Of a stretch of 64,000 bases of DNA, positions 33,695-46,000 are shown one piece after another; within the stretch, counting starts at the first letter, position 1, and the number at the start of each line of letters is the position of its first letter. Source of the DNA: a virus (Duplodnaviria; Caudoviricetes); the IMG/VR virus record IMGVR_UViG_3300005841_000939; one strand, written 5' to 3'. The notes under the pieces were generated by a model, which did not search any database, was not told where the DNA came from, and worked only from the letters and a program-made list of their open reading frames with translations. A program made the position numbers and the translations under genes.

Positions 33695-35626
33695 TCACTT
33701 ATTAGCGTTGTTTCCTACTTGTCCTGCACCATTTATATATGTTATTCTATACTTTCCACATTTCTTTAAGTTTAATTGTGTACCTTTATCTTCTGCTGAA
33801 TTGATCGTCATAACATCAGCAATCACTTCAACTTTAGTAGTTGTATACAAATCAGTATCAGAAGTACCAACATCAACAAAAATTGTTTTTAATCTTTCAA
33901 ATGATTGCAATGAATCTGTGGTATCAATTGATGTTAAATAAGATTTTCCAGTTGATGAACCTGCATATATAATGCCATCAATTGACATAGTTGTGTAACG
34001 TTTTGCATTATCAGTTCCACTTTGATTTGCAACAAATTGTGCCAGTGTTTGTTCGCCATCTTTGCCAAGTGCATAATTACTTAGTGAACTTTGAACAGCA
34101 AACTTATCTTGGCGGTCAGAAACTGAAACAGTTAATGCACCAGCCGAATCTCCACGACTTGTATTCAAATTAAAATTATCTATTTTTCTGAAATAAGAGA
34201 AATTGTAATCAGCATTGCCAACATAAACTTCCATACTTGAAAGAACACCTGATTTTCCATATTCTTGATATTGGCGATAATCAGTTACGTTGAAATTTTT
34301 AAATCCGCCAACCATAACAGCAGCTTTATTACTATTTCCGCCTTGAAGATGGAATGAACGTTGAGTATTACCTTTTGGTTGACCATTACGTGAAAAACCT
34401 GAACCATTCCAAATTTCAATAGTATCAAGTATTGTTGGTTCATTTGTATCAGTTTTATTGATGCCACCAAAAACTAAACCACCTGCAATATCTCCATTTG
34501 CACCACCGAATGAACGATCAACGTTCAACATACCTAAACTATTACGATTAATTTCGGATTCAGTTGAACGCCAATTAATAGGATCAATTGTTCCCAACAA
34601 ACTTTGTTTGTTAGGATCATAATCAACATTTATTGATACTTGACCAGCAATTGCATGACTTATTTCTGTATCAGCAGGAGTTGAAGTTTGTGGTTCAGTA
34701 CATGTATCAACAACATAATTACCAACTTCACCAACTGTTTGTAAATTTGCAGTACTTGTCAAACCGCCAATCCAATTACTAATCAATGTATCAGTATAAA
34801 CTGATGAATTTTGTCCTGTTCTACCTTTTGATACGTCAAATACAACATCACTGGTCAAATCTTTAATTCTGATTGCCATTGCTGAATCAAGAGTATAAAA
34901 TTGACCAAAATAACGTCCTGGTTCAAATGTATAATTGACATCAAGCAAAATTTGAGCGATTTTTAACTTTTCAAATGGCTTTGTTGATAATTTCAAATCA
35001 GGAACAGTTACCCATCCACCTACTGTAAAATCAGTATCTGTAAAAAATCCACTATATTGCAATGGATTTGCAGAATATTTTTTAAATTCATCGTTTATAT
35101 ATTTGTCTATTGAAAAGAATGACAAACTTTCTTGTGGAACTTCAACATCATAACCACTAATATTTGGAACCTTAACATTTGCAAATTTTGTGTTATCTTC
35201 CAAGAAATCTGTTGAAACTCTTGCCGACCACCAAACGTTGCCAAATTTTGCAAGACGTTGGTATACCATAAAAGTATCAACATCTTTTACGAATTCAGCT
35301 AAATCTATTTTTTCTACATCAATATCTTGGAATGACAAAATTTGGTTGAAATCATCCCATAAAATATTTTTATCAGCATATTCAAATAAATCACGCAACA
35401 ATACTTCATTGATTTTTTCTGTAGACCCATCAACCAAAAAAGATTGCGATGTAAATTCATCCTGAAATCCCATTTCAGTTGCTGACATGCTAGGAACAAA
35501 TTGATGAAATAAATTCTTATAATTAGGAACGAAAATCTTGCAGTTAGCACTTTTTACAGTGAACTTGACGCCAGTGAATGCTTGATAAAATCCATTCCAG
35601 TTAATAGGTTGATCATTCAGATTCAT
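33695..35626 (-). CDS. Putative structural protein with Kelch-like repeats
   Basis: 643 aa; GLVFGG...IEIWNG and AVMVGG...MEVY repeats; central domain resembles 28260..29624. Confidence 0.7.
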   Translation of the reverse strand: MNLNDQPINWNGFYQAFTGVKFTVKSANCKIFVPNYKNLFHQFVPSMSATEMGFQDEFTSQSFLVDGSTEKINEVLLRDLFEYADKNILWDDFNQILSFQDIDVEKIDLAEFVKDVDTFMVYQRLAKFGNVWWSARVSTDFLEDNTKFANVKVPNISGYDVEVPQESLSFFSIDKYINDEFKKYSANPLQYSGFFTDTDFTVGGWVTVPDLKLSTKPFEKLKIAQILLDVNYTFEPGRYFGQFYTLDSAMAIRIKDLTSDVVFDVSKGRTGQNSSVYTDTLISNWIGGLTSTANLQTVGEVGNYVVDTCTEPQTSTPADTEISHAIAGQVSINVDYDPNKQSLLGTIDPINWRSTESEINRNSLGMLNVDRSFGGANGDIAGGLVFGGINKTDTNEPTILDTIEIWNGSGFSRNGQPKGNTQRSFHLQGGNSNKAAVMVGGFKNFNVTDYRQYQEYGKSGVLSSMEVYVGNADYNFSYFRKIDNFNLNTSRGDSAGALTVSVSDRQDKFAVQSSLSNYALGKDGEQTLAQFVANQSGTDNAKRYTTMSIDGIIYAGSSTGKSYLTSIDTTDSLQSFERLKTIFVDVGTSDTDLYTTTKVEVIADVMTINSAEDKGTQLNLKKCGKYRITYINGAGQVGNNANK

Positions 35627-35674
35627 TCCAAGTTCCTACACGTATGTTTATAATAAATTCTATCCAAAATGCGT

Positions 35675-37357
35675 TTAGCATTCTGTCTGACCTACAAACA
35701 AGTTAGGATATACACCAGAATTTGGAATATCATCAGTTGGATTTGCAAAACCAGTCTTTGCACCAGCAATCATGAAGTTTCCTGGGAAAGTATCTAAAGT
35801 TGATTCGCCATCACGACTAATTGAGAAATAAGCGATTGCTCCACGACTATTTTGTAAATCTTGATAGAAATCGCCATAAATTTCAAAATATGCCATCTTA
35901 CCTGTCAATGTATAAGCTGGAATTGGTACCAAATATGAGAATGTCTTATAAAGCAAGTCACTAGGATTGCCAAATTCGCCAGTATTTACAATTGCAACTT
36001 TAATATCAAATTTAATATGACTGCAAATGCGTTGTGGATCGGTACCACTTATTCCACATGTAACTGTATCAGAGAAAGCATTTTGATTAACAAAATAACT
36101 AATTCCCAAGAAACATAAACCAGGAGATGGACCATCAACACGCATATTGTAATGCATGAAACGTGTAAAGTGTGGATCAAATTCAAAAACATTGGTCTTT
36201 GGCAAATAACCGGTTGGAGCGCCAGTTGCAGCACTAAATTCTAATTCAGTATGGCGAGGTCCAGACAACTGATCCCAATCAAATTCTTCAATAGTTCTAT
36301 TGAATTGAATTGCACAATTTATTTGTTCTCTTGTCAAAAGATTAGGAAGTTTTGCTCTTCCGCAACTACCAGCAGAAAAACGACCATCAACAGTTGTAAC
36401 ATTACTTTTGGTTATTCCAAGATTGAAATTATAGAATGAATTGATGTCTAAATTTTCAAATTCATAATCATCATAAGGAATAGCCAAATTTCCTAAGAAC
36501 ATTTGACTGATTGCCAATGCGCCATCATTTCTTGTTCTACGAATTCTGATTTTTACAGATTCAGTATTGAAACCAGCTCGGAATACAATGTAAACTGTGC
36601 GATACTCTGGCTTCCATTGTTGAAAATCATTTGCATACAATTCAAACATTGGCCAAGGGCCAACAGTTCTTATATCTTGGATAGTTACGCCAGTTCCAAT
36701 TACTTCCAATCCAATATCTTCATAACGGGCATAACAACCCGTTGAAAGATCGGGAACACAAGTCCCTGATGCAGGACTAGATGATGTTGATGGTGAACAT
36801 CCAGGAGTACCTACTCCACTAATATTAGGAACTTCAGAATCATTGCAATATGGAATTTCATAATCAAATGGTACTTCTTGATCAAGCAATGTGTTGACGC
36901 CAGTACCCTTTATTGCAAAAACAAATTGTGAACCACGAACTAATGGTGGGATATAAAATTCACGCTCTAACCAAATTCCATGCTCGCCATTCACATCTGT
37001 AAACGACTTACCACCCTTATATACCAATAATTGTTTAGCACCATCACCTTGAATGTCAGAATCATTTGAAACTAAACCATTGTTGATAGCAGTCCAAGCA
37101 TTTTTCTTTTCAAAGCAATCAAAATTTCCGCCATTACTGAAAATCTTATTACCTCTAGCATCATAATCTAAAAGATTACCATAAAGTTGTGATAAGAAAG
37201 ACGGTGAATTAGCAGCAGCTACAGAAACAAGTTTTGCAAGAACATTGATATTTTGTTGAAGTTCTTGGAGGGGAATATTTACATTCTCATCGGTAACGTT
37301 GGCGTTAGGATTAAGAAGTGATATTTCGTTAATGAAATCTTCTCTATTTTGAGCCAT
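35675..37357 (-). CDS. Putative structural protein
   Basis: 560 aa within the contiguous structural operon. Confidence 0.7.
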   Translation of the reverse strand: MAQNREDFINEISLLNPNANVTDENVNIPLQELQQNINVLAKLVSVAAANSPSFLSQLYGNLLDYDARGNKIFSNGGNFDCFEKKNAWTAINNGLVSNDSDIQGDGAKQLLVYKGGKSFTDVNGEHGIWLEREFYIPPLVRGSQFVFAIKGTGVNTLLDQEVPFDYEIPYCNDSEVPNISGVGTPGCSPSTSSSPASGTCVPDLSTGCYARYEDIGLEVIGTGVTIQDIRTVGPWPMFELYANDFQQWKPEYRTVYIVFRAGFNTESVKIRIRRTRNDGALAISQMFLGNLAIPYDDYEFENLDINSFYNFNLGITKSNVTTVDGRFSAGSCGRAKLPNLLTREQINCAIQFNRTIEEFDWDQLSGPRHTELEFSAATGAPTGYLPKTNVFEFDPHFTRFMHYNMRVDGPSPGLCFLGISYFVNQNAFSDTVTCGISGTDPQRICSHIKFDIKVAIVNTGEFGNPSDLLYKTFSYLVPIPAYTLTGKMAYFEIYGDFYQDLQNSRGAIAYFSISRDGESTLDTFPGNFMIAGAKTGFANPTDDIPNSGVYPNLFVGQTEC

Positions 37358-37372
37358 TGTCCGTTCTCATCC

Positions 37373-40300
37373 TTAGATTATCTCGTTCCACCACTCAACA
37401 CCATTCTTGACAACAAGCCAATGAACGACACATGGAGCAGGTGAACTTGTTTTAATTCTAAATCCATCCGACGATTTTTCAGTCCAGTACATATTTATAT
37501 TTTCATTACTGGAAAGTATGACGGAATAGCCAGGATCAGTTGGATCAATAGTCATAGATCCTGGATCACCTTGAACACCAATTTCCGGTTTTATCCATAA
37601 TTCGCTATTATACCAGTTATCCAAGTTAGGAGTTGTTGGTGATTCTCCATCAGGAGTTTCAATATATCCTTGTAAGGTTCTACTTCCACAGAAAATAGTA
37701 TCAGGAGTATAAACACCACCAAAAATATCACGATGGAAAGCCATCCAAGAAACTTCTTTTTGTAAAAAGTGACTTGCAGTAATATTGAAACGATTTGGGC
37801 AAAGCTGATTGAAATAAATCTTTTGATTTACAGGACTTGAGAAGAATACAAAGTAATCAGTATTTTTGAAAGGTGAATCAAACGTAATTGTGTCTGATTT
37901 CAATTTTCCATTAACTTTATAGACGCCGGCTTTGAAAACTGTTGTATCTAATGGTCTTGAAACAATCCAATCAACACTTTCACTATATCCATTAAATGAT
38001 GTAAGTATATTAAACTTAACATCTTCTGTACGTTCATAATATGTATTTACGTTTTGATTTGGGGTGAGAGCCACCAAGCCAGCAACGCGCTTATTTTGTG
38101 TTTCGGCCATGTTTCCTCCTCCAACTTCAAATATATCTATACCAAGTTTATTTATTGTGTGAATTTCTGTATAGCTTGGTTTAAAAATGCGTGTTGCATC
38201 TCTAATAAACTGTTCAAATCCATCTTTTTTAGCAGCATCAAACAATAATGATTCTTCTTTAGGAACTTCAAGCTCCAAATCAAAATAGTGAGACTTATAA
38301 ATTTTTGCCAATCCAAACATGTATTCTTTGTCAATTTGTGACAAACGAATTTCATTTGTATCAGTTTTTTCATAAATCCATGGCTCACCAGCATTAAGAA
38401 CCTTACCAGAAACGAATGCAGCACGGGTATCATCAATGATAGTATCAAAGTGCCATGCACCAAATGTTGTATTTGAATACAAATTCTTTCTCAAGTAATT
38501 GTAATCTTCAAATATAGTTCTAACTTTGGTATTTGCCAAATTACCATAGAACAGATACAATGATCCGCCCTTAGTTTGAGTAAAGTCTTTGACATCAACC
38601 CAAATAACTGCAAAGTCATGATCCCAATCAATTTTTGACAACTTAAATGATAATGGCTTTGTCATATCGCTATCTTTATACAAGCGCATAGAGAAATCAC
38701 GGATACCTATATGAGAGAAATTAAATGCTTCTTTAACTGCCAAATTAGATGTTGGGGAAATATTTCCATCAATCTTATAACCATTACCATAAAGAATAAT
38801 AGGAATAACAATTTTTGAACCAATTAATTCGTCGCCAGTTCTTTCAGGCAAACCACTTATTTCAATTTTACGATACCATTTAAATTCAGCTTGTTGTTCA
38901 CGATACTGTGGATTTACATCATATTCTTTTGAAATGTTCCAACTAATTTTGTTCAAAACGATTGGATGGAAATTCTTAACATGATATTGTACATTGAAGT
39001 TATCAGCGTTTCCAACTTCAAGGTAATTCAATCGTGAATTAAAATATTGATCAGGATTGAAAATGAAATATGAAATATTTCTTATATCTTTTGCATATGT
39101 CAAAATATCAATAACAGGTTCTACATTACCTTTAAAATATATTTTGTAATTGACTAATTTTAATTCTGTTCCAGTTGTTGTAGCACTTGCTTTAATAGTA
39201 AATGGTTGATAAACATCAGGTTCAATTACCCAATCTAAATCAAGGATATTAATTTGTGTGTAATCTTTTCCAACAGGTGATGCCGTTGTTGGCGATGTAG
39301 TTGTACTATTTTGGCCGTCTAAATGATCATAAATTTTGTATTGTTGATTGCCATCTCTATCATAATAGATTGCTTTCCACAAATTACGTTTGAAATTGTA
39401 TTGAACGGTGAAGAATGATGTTTGTTCAACTTCATCTGGAAGTGTTGAGAATAAGGTAATCCATTGATCACGATAAACTCTATCTTTCCATTCAATAGGA
39501 TATGAAAGACTACTTGATGAATTCAAGTCAATAATGTTTTGTTGAAATTGTGGTCGTGGATAAACTTCTGATCCAACAATATTTGAAATTTGACCTACAA
39601 GTGAATATGTTGAAAGTTTATGATCATAAATCTTGTCATCATTTTCAATAGCAAATGATGTTGTTATATAAACATTTTTCAACTGTGAATTAGTTGTAGG
39701 TAATTCATATGTCCAATAATTTGTACCTATTTTGAATTCTCTGTGATGAAATGAATTCAAATCAACATAACGAGTACCATCAAGCAAATATTTTATTTCT
39801 CTTGGGGAATATGTGTCGCCACTGACCTTTTCATGTGTTGACAACAACAAACGTAAATCAAAACTCTTTGTATTGTTGAAAGAAGTTGTGATTACCTCTG
39901 TTGGAATATTCTTTGGAAATAAACGTTGTGCAAATACTTCAATCCCTGGTTGTTGATTATGTTTGAATGTGGTATTCTTTTTAGAATCAATAATATCCTT
40001 CTCAAATACATAAAGAATTTCATTTCTAGAAATATTTACATCAATCAAGTTTTTCAAATTTTTACTAACAGTGTCTTGACCAAACATAACAAATAAATCT
40101 TCAAATTGCTCAACGTTAATTAATGAGAATTCATTTCTTAACAATTTGGAATCAATTACGTTATAGTTTTCAATACGACGATTTGCATAACCTTCTAAAA
40201 TATTATCAAATACACTGCCAGTCCAAATGGTCATATCCAAAATATGTACAAATACTTCATCAATTTCTGTTTGCTCACCAATGAATTGATAATCACACTT

Positions 40301-41356
40301 ATTAATTACATTCAATAAATTTCTCTTCCAGAAGAAATAAAAATGTGAAGGATCATAAAAAGATTTCTTAGTATCAATAAGATCATCGGATACCAGAATA
40401 ACATCGGTATATAATGGTTTTTCAAAATTCAAGAAAACGTTTATGTATTTGTTTTTTCTTACATCAGAATTAGGTTCAACAACTAAGAATGCATAATTTT
40501 TAGTCAATGAATTAGTTGGAGCAGTCCAATAAAAAACAATTAGTTTATCTTTATTTGTGTAAATGTTAATCGGATTAAATGTAGTAATATCAACTTCTTT
40601 TGGAATTATTTCGCGCATAGAAACGCGAGTATTTTTACCAAATGGAATTGTCCAATCATACCAATTTGAAAGACTGATACGCCCTTCGTTCTTAACATAG
40701 TTTGTCAATAACGAAGTTGAATTTGTTGAATCATACTCATTGATTGTTAATGTAAAGCCTTCAGTAATTTGTTGATCTGGCATTGTAGCTTTAGTAACAA
40801 TAACTTTTCTACGTAACCAAATTTTTAAAGCACAATCAAATGGAATATCTGTTGGCAAATCATTTACATCCAATGTCTTTTTGAAAACCATGCCAGATAA
40901 TTTGCCAGTTGAATCATATTCATCATCCAAATAGATTGATGGATTTTCAGCTTTACCAACCAATACAGGAATGGGTCTACTAACTTCACGAATTGTGTAA
41001 ATTCCTTCAACTGCAATATCAACATCACCAACTTGGATACCATAAATCGGATCTAAAACCATTTCGGCAACAATTGTATCTAAAACTACAGATTCAACAC
41101 CATAATTGGCAATGAAAACTGCACGATAATTGATTAAGTTGTCAATTACATCTGATGGAACGATTGGATCAAAAATATCAATGTTTCCATCAAGCAATTC
41201 AGGATAAACTACATTTGAATTTGCAATAATTTCTTTTCTAAAAATCTTTCCACCAATAGATTGTCCAAAAATGACCTTATCAGCAGACATACCAACTTGA
41301 TTTGAATATGGATTACCACGGGTCAAGTTAAACGCTATATTTTTATTGACTGTCAT
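37373..41356 (-). CDS. Large baseplate-associated protein with a DUF2341-like domain and three lectin-like modules
   Basis: 1327 aa; W.WYRKIEI...FSHI...DFSMRLY..SD...PLSF...AVIWV...LYLFYGN; FIRDATRIFKPSYT. Confidence 0.72.
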   Translation of the reverse strand: MTVNKNIAFNLTRGNPYSNQVGMSADKVIFGQSIGGKIFRKEIIANSNVVYPELLDGNIDIFDPIVPSDVIDNLINYRAVFIANYGVESVVLDTIVAEMVLDPIYGIQVGDVDIAVEGIYTIREVSRPIPVLVGKAENPSIYLDDEYDSTGKLSGMVFKKTLDVNDLPTDIPFDCALKIWLRRKVIVTKATMPDQQITEGFTLTINEYDSTNSTSLLTNYVKNEGRISLSNWYDWTIPFGKNTRVSMREIIPKEVDITTFNPINIYTNKDKLIVFYWTAPTNSLTKNYAFLVVEPNSDVRKNKYINVFLNFEKPLYTDVILVSDDLIDTKKSFYDPSHFYFFWKRNLLNVINKCDYQFIGEQTEIDEVFVHILDMTIWTGSVFDNILEGYANRRIENYNVIDSKLLRNEFSLINVEQFEDLFVMFGQDTVSKNLKNLIDVNISRNEILYVFEKDIIDSKKNTTFKHNQQPGIEVFAQRLFPKNIPTEVITTSFNNTKSFDLRLLLSTHEKVSGDTYSPREIKYLLDGTRYVDLNSFHHREFKIGTNYWTYELPTTNSQLKNVYITTSFAIENDDKIYDHKLSTYSLVGQISNIVGSEVYPRPQFQQNIIDLNSSSSLSYPIEWKDRVYRDQWITLFSTLPDEVEQTSFFTVQYNFKRNLWKAIYYDRDGNQQYKIYDHLDGQNSTTTSPTTASPVGKDYTQINILDLDWVIEPDVYQPFTIKASATTTGTELKLVNYKIYFKGNVEPVIDILTYAKDIRNISYFIFNPDQYFNSRLNYLEVGNADNFNVQYHVKNFHPIVLNKISWNISKEYDVNPQYREQQAEFKWYRKIEISGLPERTGDELIGSKIVIPIILYGNGYKIDGNISPTSNLAVKEAFNFSHIGIRDFSMRLYKDSDMTKPLSFKLSKIDWDHDFAVIWVDVKDFTQTKGGSLYLFYGNLANTKVRTIFEDYNYLRKNLYSNTTFGAWHFDTIIDDTRAAFVSGKVLNAGEPWIYEKTDTNEIRLSQIDKEYMFGLAKIYKSHYFDLELEVPKEESLLFDAAKKDGFEQFIRDATRIFKPSYTEIHTINKLGIDIFEVGGGNMAETQNKRVAGLVALTPNQNVNTYYERTEDVKFNILTSFNGYSESVDWIVSRPLDTTVFKAGVYKVNGKLKSDTITFDSPFKNTDYFVFFSSPVNQKIYFNQLCPNRFNITASHFLQKEVSWMAFHRDIFGGVYTPDTIFCGSRTLQGYIETPDGESPTTPNLDNWYNSELWIKPEIGVQGDPGSMTIDPTDPGYSVILSSNENINMYWTEKSSDGFRIKTSSPAPCVVHWLVVKNGVEWWNEII

Positions 41357-43092
41357 TAGTAATCCTTGAAGATAATATGTAGTCTATTATCATTTATCAC
41401 TACTTGATTTATAATCTTATGTGAGAAATCCATATATGATTTTAAATTATCGTTATAAAAAGTCTTATCTTTGATCAAAACTGGATATTCAGCAGAGAAA
41501 CCTTCTTGATAAACACGCACAAATCGTTCATAACGTCCAAAAGTTCCACTTAATGGGAACATAGAAGTCTTTCCATCTTCAATTATGATTTCTATGACAT
41601 CATCTATTAAAATAATTGGATCTAAACCACCAGATGTTGATGGAAACGATGCAATTTCAGTTCCGTCTCTGGTTATTGTCATCTTTTCCAAATGTGGAAC
41701 TTGTAAAGCGAAGTCTGATAGTGTCTTAATACCAGTTGTGTTTGATGAATATGACCAAACCATTGCATTTGAACCAGAAATTGATACCAAACCATTTAAA
41801 CAATCTCTAGGTACTACCTTTTCAACAACAATTGTCTTATCTCCAGAAACTTCAAACTGTTCAATTGATTTATCATACTTAACAGGAGTATTTTTGTCAA
41901 ATTGATAGAACAAACTATCATCAATTTGAATTAATGTATAAAGATTCAATGTTTTACGAACTTTAACAACATCACCAACGATTGCAAAGTCTTCTTTTAT
42001 TGAAGTAATCAAATCATCTTGCGAAGATGAATCATATGCCGCACCAAATGTATAAATTTTGTTCTCTTGAACACCATATTTTACATTTGCAACATATGTT
42101 TGATCATTTGAAAGTCTAAAACCAGAATAGAAACCATTTACTGGTAATGTTGATGCAAATTCTTCTTTAAAATTCTTAAAAGTAAAATCTGAACTAACAG
42201 TATTACCTAAACTACTTGGATATGTGATTCCCAAATCCTCTAAACCAATTATCAATGCTTGAAGGTTTTCAAATTCACCCTTCAAATATCTATCTGTGAT
42301 CTTTTCATTGCGTTTATCAATATTATATGAAAGAATCAATTGGGGATCTTCTTCCTCTTCATTGAAAAATATTTTTATATATGTTGGTGAAACTTGAGCT
42401 TTAAGCACATACCAAACATCAGCTTTAATGTTGCGTACATTGAAATCACCCCATGATGCTAAGAATGTTTCTTTAACTTCACCAGTTTCAACATCAATTG
42501 ACCGCATCCCTAAACCAACATCAAAATTATAAACACCTGGACCAACGAAATAATAATCAGTAATACCAAAATTGTTATTTTGAGTTGAAAAATGTTCTTC
42601 GCCCTTAAGAATCAATTCAAATTTCTTCAATAAATCACCATCAATAATTGACTTATCAAAAATAAATTTTACTTCAATTTCAAATACTGATGATGACACA
42701 TCTGTCAAATACATAAATGGAGCAGCACCATGATTGTCACCAATACCAACAGTTTTATCAGTTGTTGTGCTTCCACTAAATGCGTTTGCATTGACAAATT
42801 CAAATTTATCAGTGTATTTTAATACATTTTCATTTTTATATGAGTCAAGGATATATGGTAATGATATACCTGTATATTTTAATTGAGTATCAGATTTACG
42901 AACAACAGTTTTCCATACATCATCTTGTTCAACTCTTACATTCCAATTCAATTGACGATTATTTCCAAAATTATCAATAAATACCTGCTTTGTATTAGAG
43001 AACAATTTGTCAGGATAAAAACTCGCAACCATTTCAGCATTAGCAAAACGTGAAAAATCAAAAGTCTGATTGTTTAAAATCAAATTACTCAT
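41356..43092 (-). CDS. Putative baseplate protein with a ConA/LamG-like domain
   Basis: 578 aa; beta-sandwich segment resembling one in 43085..48097. Confidence 0.65.
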   Translation of the reverse strand: MSNLILNNQTFDFSRFANAEMVASFYPDKLFSNTKQVFIDNFGNNRQLNWNVRVEQDDVWKTVVRKSDTQLKYTGISLPYILDSYKNENVLKYTDKFEFVNANAFSGSTTTDKTVGIGDNHGAAPFMYLTDVSSSVFEIEVKFIFDKSIIDGDLLKKFELILKGEEHFSTQNNNFGITDYYFVGPGVYNFDVGLGMRSIDVETGEVKETFLASWGDFNVRNIKADVWYVLKAQVSPTYIKIFFNEEEEDPQLILSYNIDKRNEKITDRYLKGEFENLQALIIGLEDLGITYPSSLGNTVSSDFTFKNFKEEFASTLPVNGFYSGFRLSNDQTYVANVKYGVQENKIYTFGAAYDSSSQDDLITSIKEDFAIVGDVVKVRKTLNLYTLIQIDDSLFYQFDKNTPVKYDKSIEQFEVSGDKTIVVEKVVPRDCLNGLVSISGSNAMVWSYSSNTTGIKTLSDFALQVPHLEKMTITRDGTEIASFPSTSGGLDPIILIDDVIEIIIEDGKTSMFPLSGTFGRYERFVRVYQEGFSAEYPVLIKDKTFYNDNLKSYMDFSHKIINQVVINDNRLHIIFKDY

Positions 43093-46000
43093 TGGTCACG
43101 TTTCCTCTTACATAGTAATAGTCTGATGGTATTTCCCATCCATCTGCATATGTTTTTATACCACTATTGTACCATGCAGTGTACTTTTCATATAAAGCAG
43201 GAATTGCCCAAATGAAATTGTATCCATCTGAAACACCAAATACCTTACGGTCAGTTGTATTGATGCATTCTGTCTTATCTTTATCTATGGTAATATACAA
43301 TACCGAACCAAATGGTGGAATTTCAGTTGTATATGTCAAATATTTGTTAACTTTGATATTTTTTGTATCAGGTTTCCAATAAACGTAATTTATTTTGAAA
43401 CATTTAGTAAATTCGTCGTTCCAATCACTGACATCCCAACCTGCTTTTTCTCTTTCTTGAATTGATCCAAGATTTGAATGTGTTAAATACCAGTTATATA
43501 AACCGTATGGTGACGTTGTTCTTTCTCCAGTTTCTTTATTCAAGAAGAATGTTAAATCAAGAACCTTATCACCGGAAATATCAACAACATCAATCGGCAT
43601 ATTGATATGCATGTAGAAACTAGTTGGAATTAACTTTTCACCACTAATTGAAGCACCAGTTGAAAATCCAATTTTTTCATATGCAGATACATCAAATACA
43701 CCTACACCATAAGAATTATTATTTGTTGCCCATTCTTCGTCAACAGATACTGAACTGATGCACCAAGTAATATCAGCATTGTATAATGCTTGATTATAGT
43801 CATTATCTTTAATCAAGTGTACAAACTCTGCTGACGGAGCATTTGTTCCAGTAAACAAATTTATACCATCATTTGGTGGAAGAACTGTATTAAATGTTTC
43901 CTTTATGTAAAATTCGCTATTGATCCACCAATTGTAATCGTCAGTGAATGTTGCATATCCTTCCAACACACCAACTAACGATTGTACTTTTTCTGGCAAA
44001 TACCAAACATTATTGATTGTGCAAGTTTCTCTTGTCTTCCATGGTTGTGATGCTTTTACAGGACATATATTGAAATCACAACCATAAGTTGAACCAAATG
44101 GCTTTTCAACCGAATACGCCAAATCAGCATTCAAATCCAAGAAATAACGTGATGTTATTCTACCGTTTAATTGGATGTCCCATTTATTTTGTTCAAGAAT
44201 TTGTAATGTACGATTTTCTGTGAATTGGAAACCTTCAAATGAGTGTGGCGCATAAACACCCAACAAATTTATTTTAACTTGTGGGTTTCTCAAGATTTCC
44301 AGCGATGGTAAACAATAAACGCTACCTTCTTCTAATTTTCCGATTGGAATGAAATAACGCAAAGTGGTTGTTTCTTCTGGTTCCCAATACCAATCCTTAT
44401 TATAATTTTTTACAGCATAAGATGGTAATGTAACATCAAACAATCCAAAAATCATAGTATCAACGCAATATCTGCAAATCAAATCTTTGATTACATCATT
44501 ACTCTTGAATTTTACACCAATTGCTTCTTCTTGTGTCGTCTTATCTCTGTAAATAATAGAAAGAACTTCGTTTGATCCTGTTGCAACTCCAGTTGAACCA
44601 TTAAACGACCAAACATCTTGGTTTGATTGTGGGCAAATTTCTTCCCATACACCAATCAAATGAACATTACCATCTGAATTTAATAATTGACTACATACAT
44701 TATTAGGATATAACATATCCTTTACACGGATCATTTCTGAGAAACTGATTTGTGTTGATCCGCTTAATGCAACAGTATGTGGCAAAATTCTTGCGTCTGA
44801 TGCAATCACACGATTTAATGATGCGTGATTTGTAATGTCATATGAAGTACTTGAATCAACTGGAATCCAATTGATAAATGGTTCATAAACATGCCCCAAC
44901 GGTATGAGAACTTTTGAAATTAAATCTGCATCATCTTTGAATGTGTTTGCAACAAATTGATCATCCAACCAAATATTAAATCTAGTTGAAATTGAATCAG
45001 TTGATACCTTATTGAAAAATACTTTTTCAATTGAATTGTCGTCAATATTTTCAAATTGACTGATGTCATATGAAGTTTGTCCATTATAACTTGGAGTTAT
45101 TTCGTAATCAAAGGTGTTCTTTGTTGTTGGATCATTTTCATCATATGAATTGAATTTCAATAATGTGCTATCTCTTGAATCAAGATAATGTGCCTTAATT
45201 GTTTTCCATTTCTCTTCTGTACGTACTAATGTAATATCAGTATGATCTTTAGGTTCAACAATATATGAAATTAAGCGAACGATTGATGTCTTAACACCAA
45301 ATCCATAAAAACCTTCTTCAATAATTGGAATGTAATTTTCTGCAACATTAACTACATTCCCATCCAATCCATATATTTGCGTGTCATTATTAGTCTGATC
45401 TAATTTAACATTTGTAAATACATCAATGTAATCTTGTGCATCAGTATAATCAACAACAGCAATTGCACCAGGAATATCATTTTTCAACTTAGTCCAAGCA
45501 ACATTTTTTCTGAATTTTACAGAAACCAAATTATCAACAACAGAAACGATAACATCGTAATAACTGTTTTCATCAAATTTAAATGTATGACCAAATTCAT
45601 CAATTATAGTTGTTTCATATACTTGTTTATCCTTTTCATTGAGAAGCGGATTTAAATTTAAGTAACGATAGTAATATGCATAATTTTCTTTTGAATATGT
45701 TACGTTTACTAATTTTATTGTTGATTTATTTCCATCAACAACAACTGCATAATAATCATCAACAGTAGAATATACATCCTTGTTTCTATAAACAGCGCGG
45801 AAAACAATTTCAATACTCTTTGATGGAATTATTGTGTTTTCAGCATAATCACTTGGTTTTGCATATGCCCAGCGAACAGTAATATCCAAATTTTTCCATT
45901 GTACATCACTACTCAAAATACCTGATACACCATTTTTATCTAAGTTTGATTCTTTGTAAACGACAGATAATGTATCTGAACCTTCTAGAAGAGTATTTGG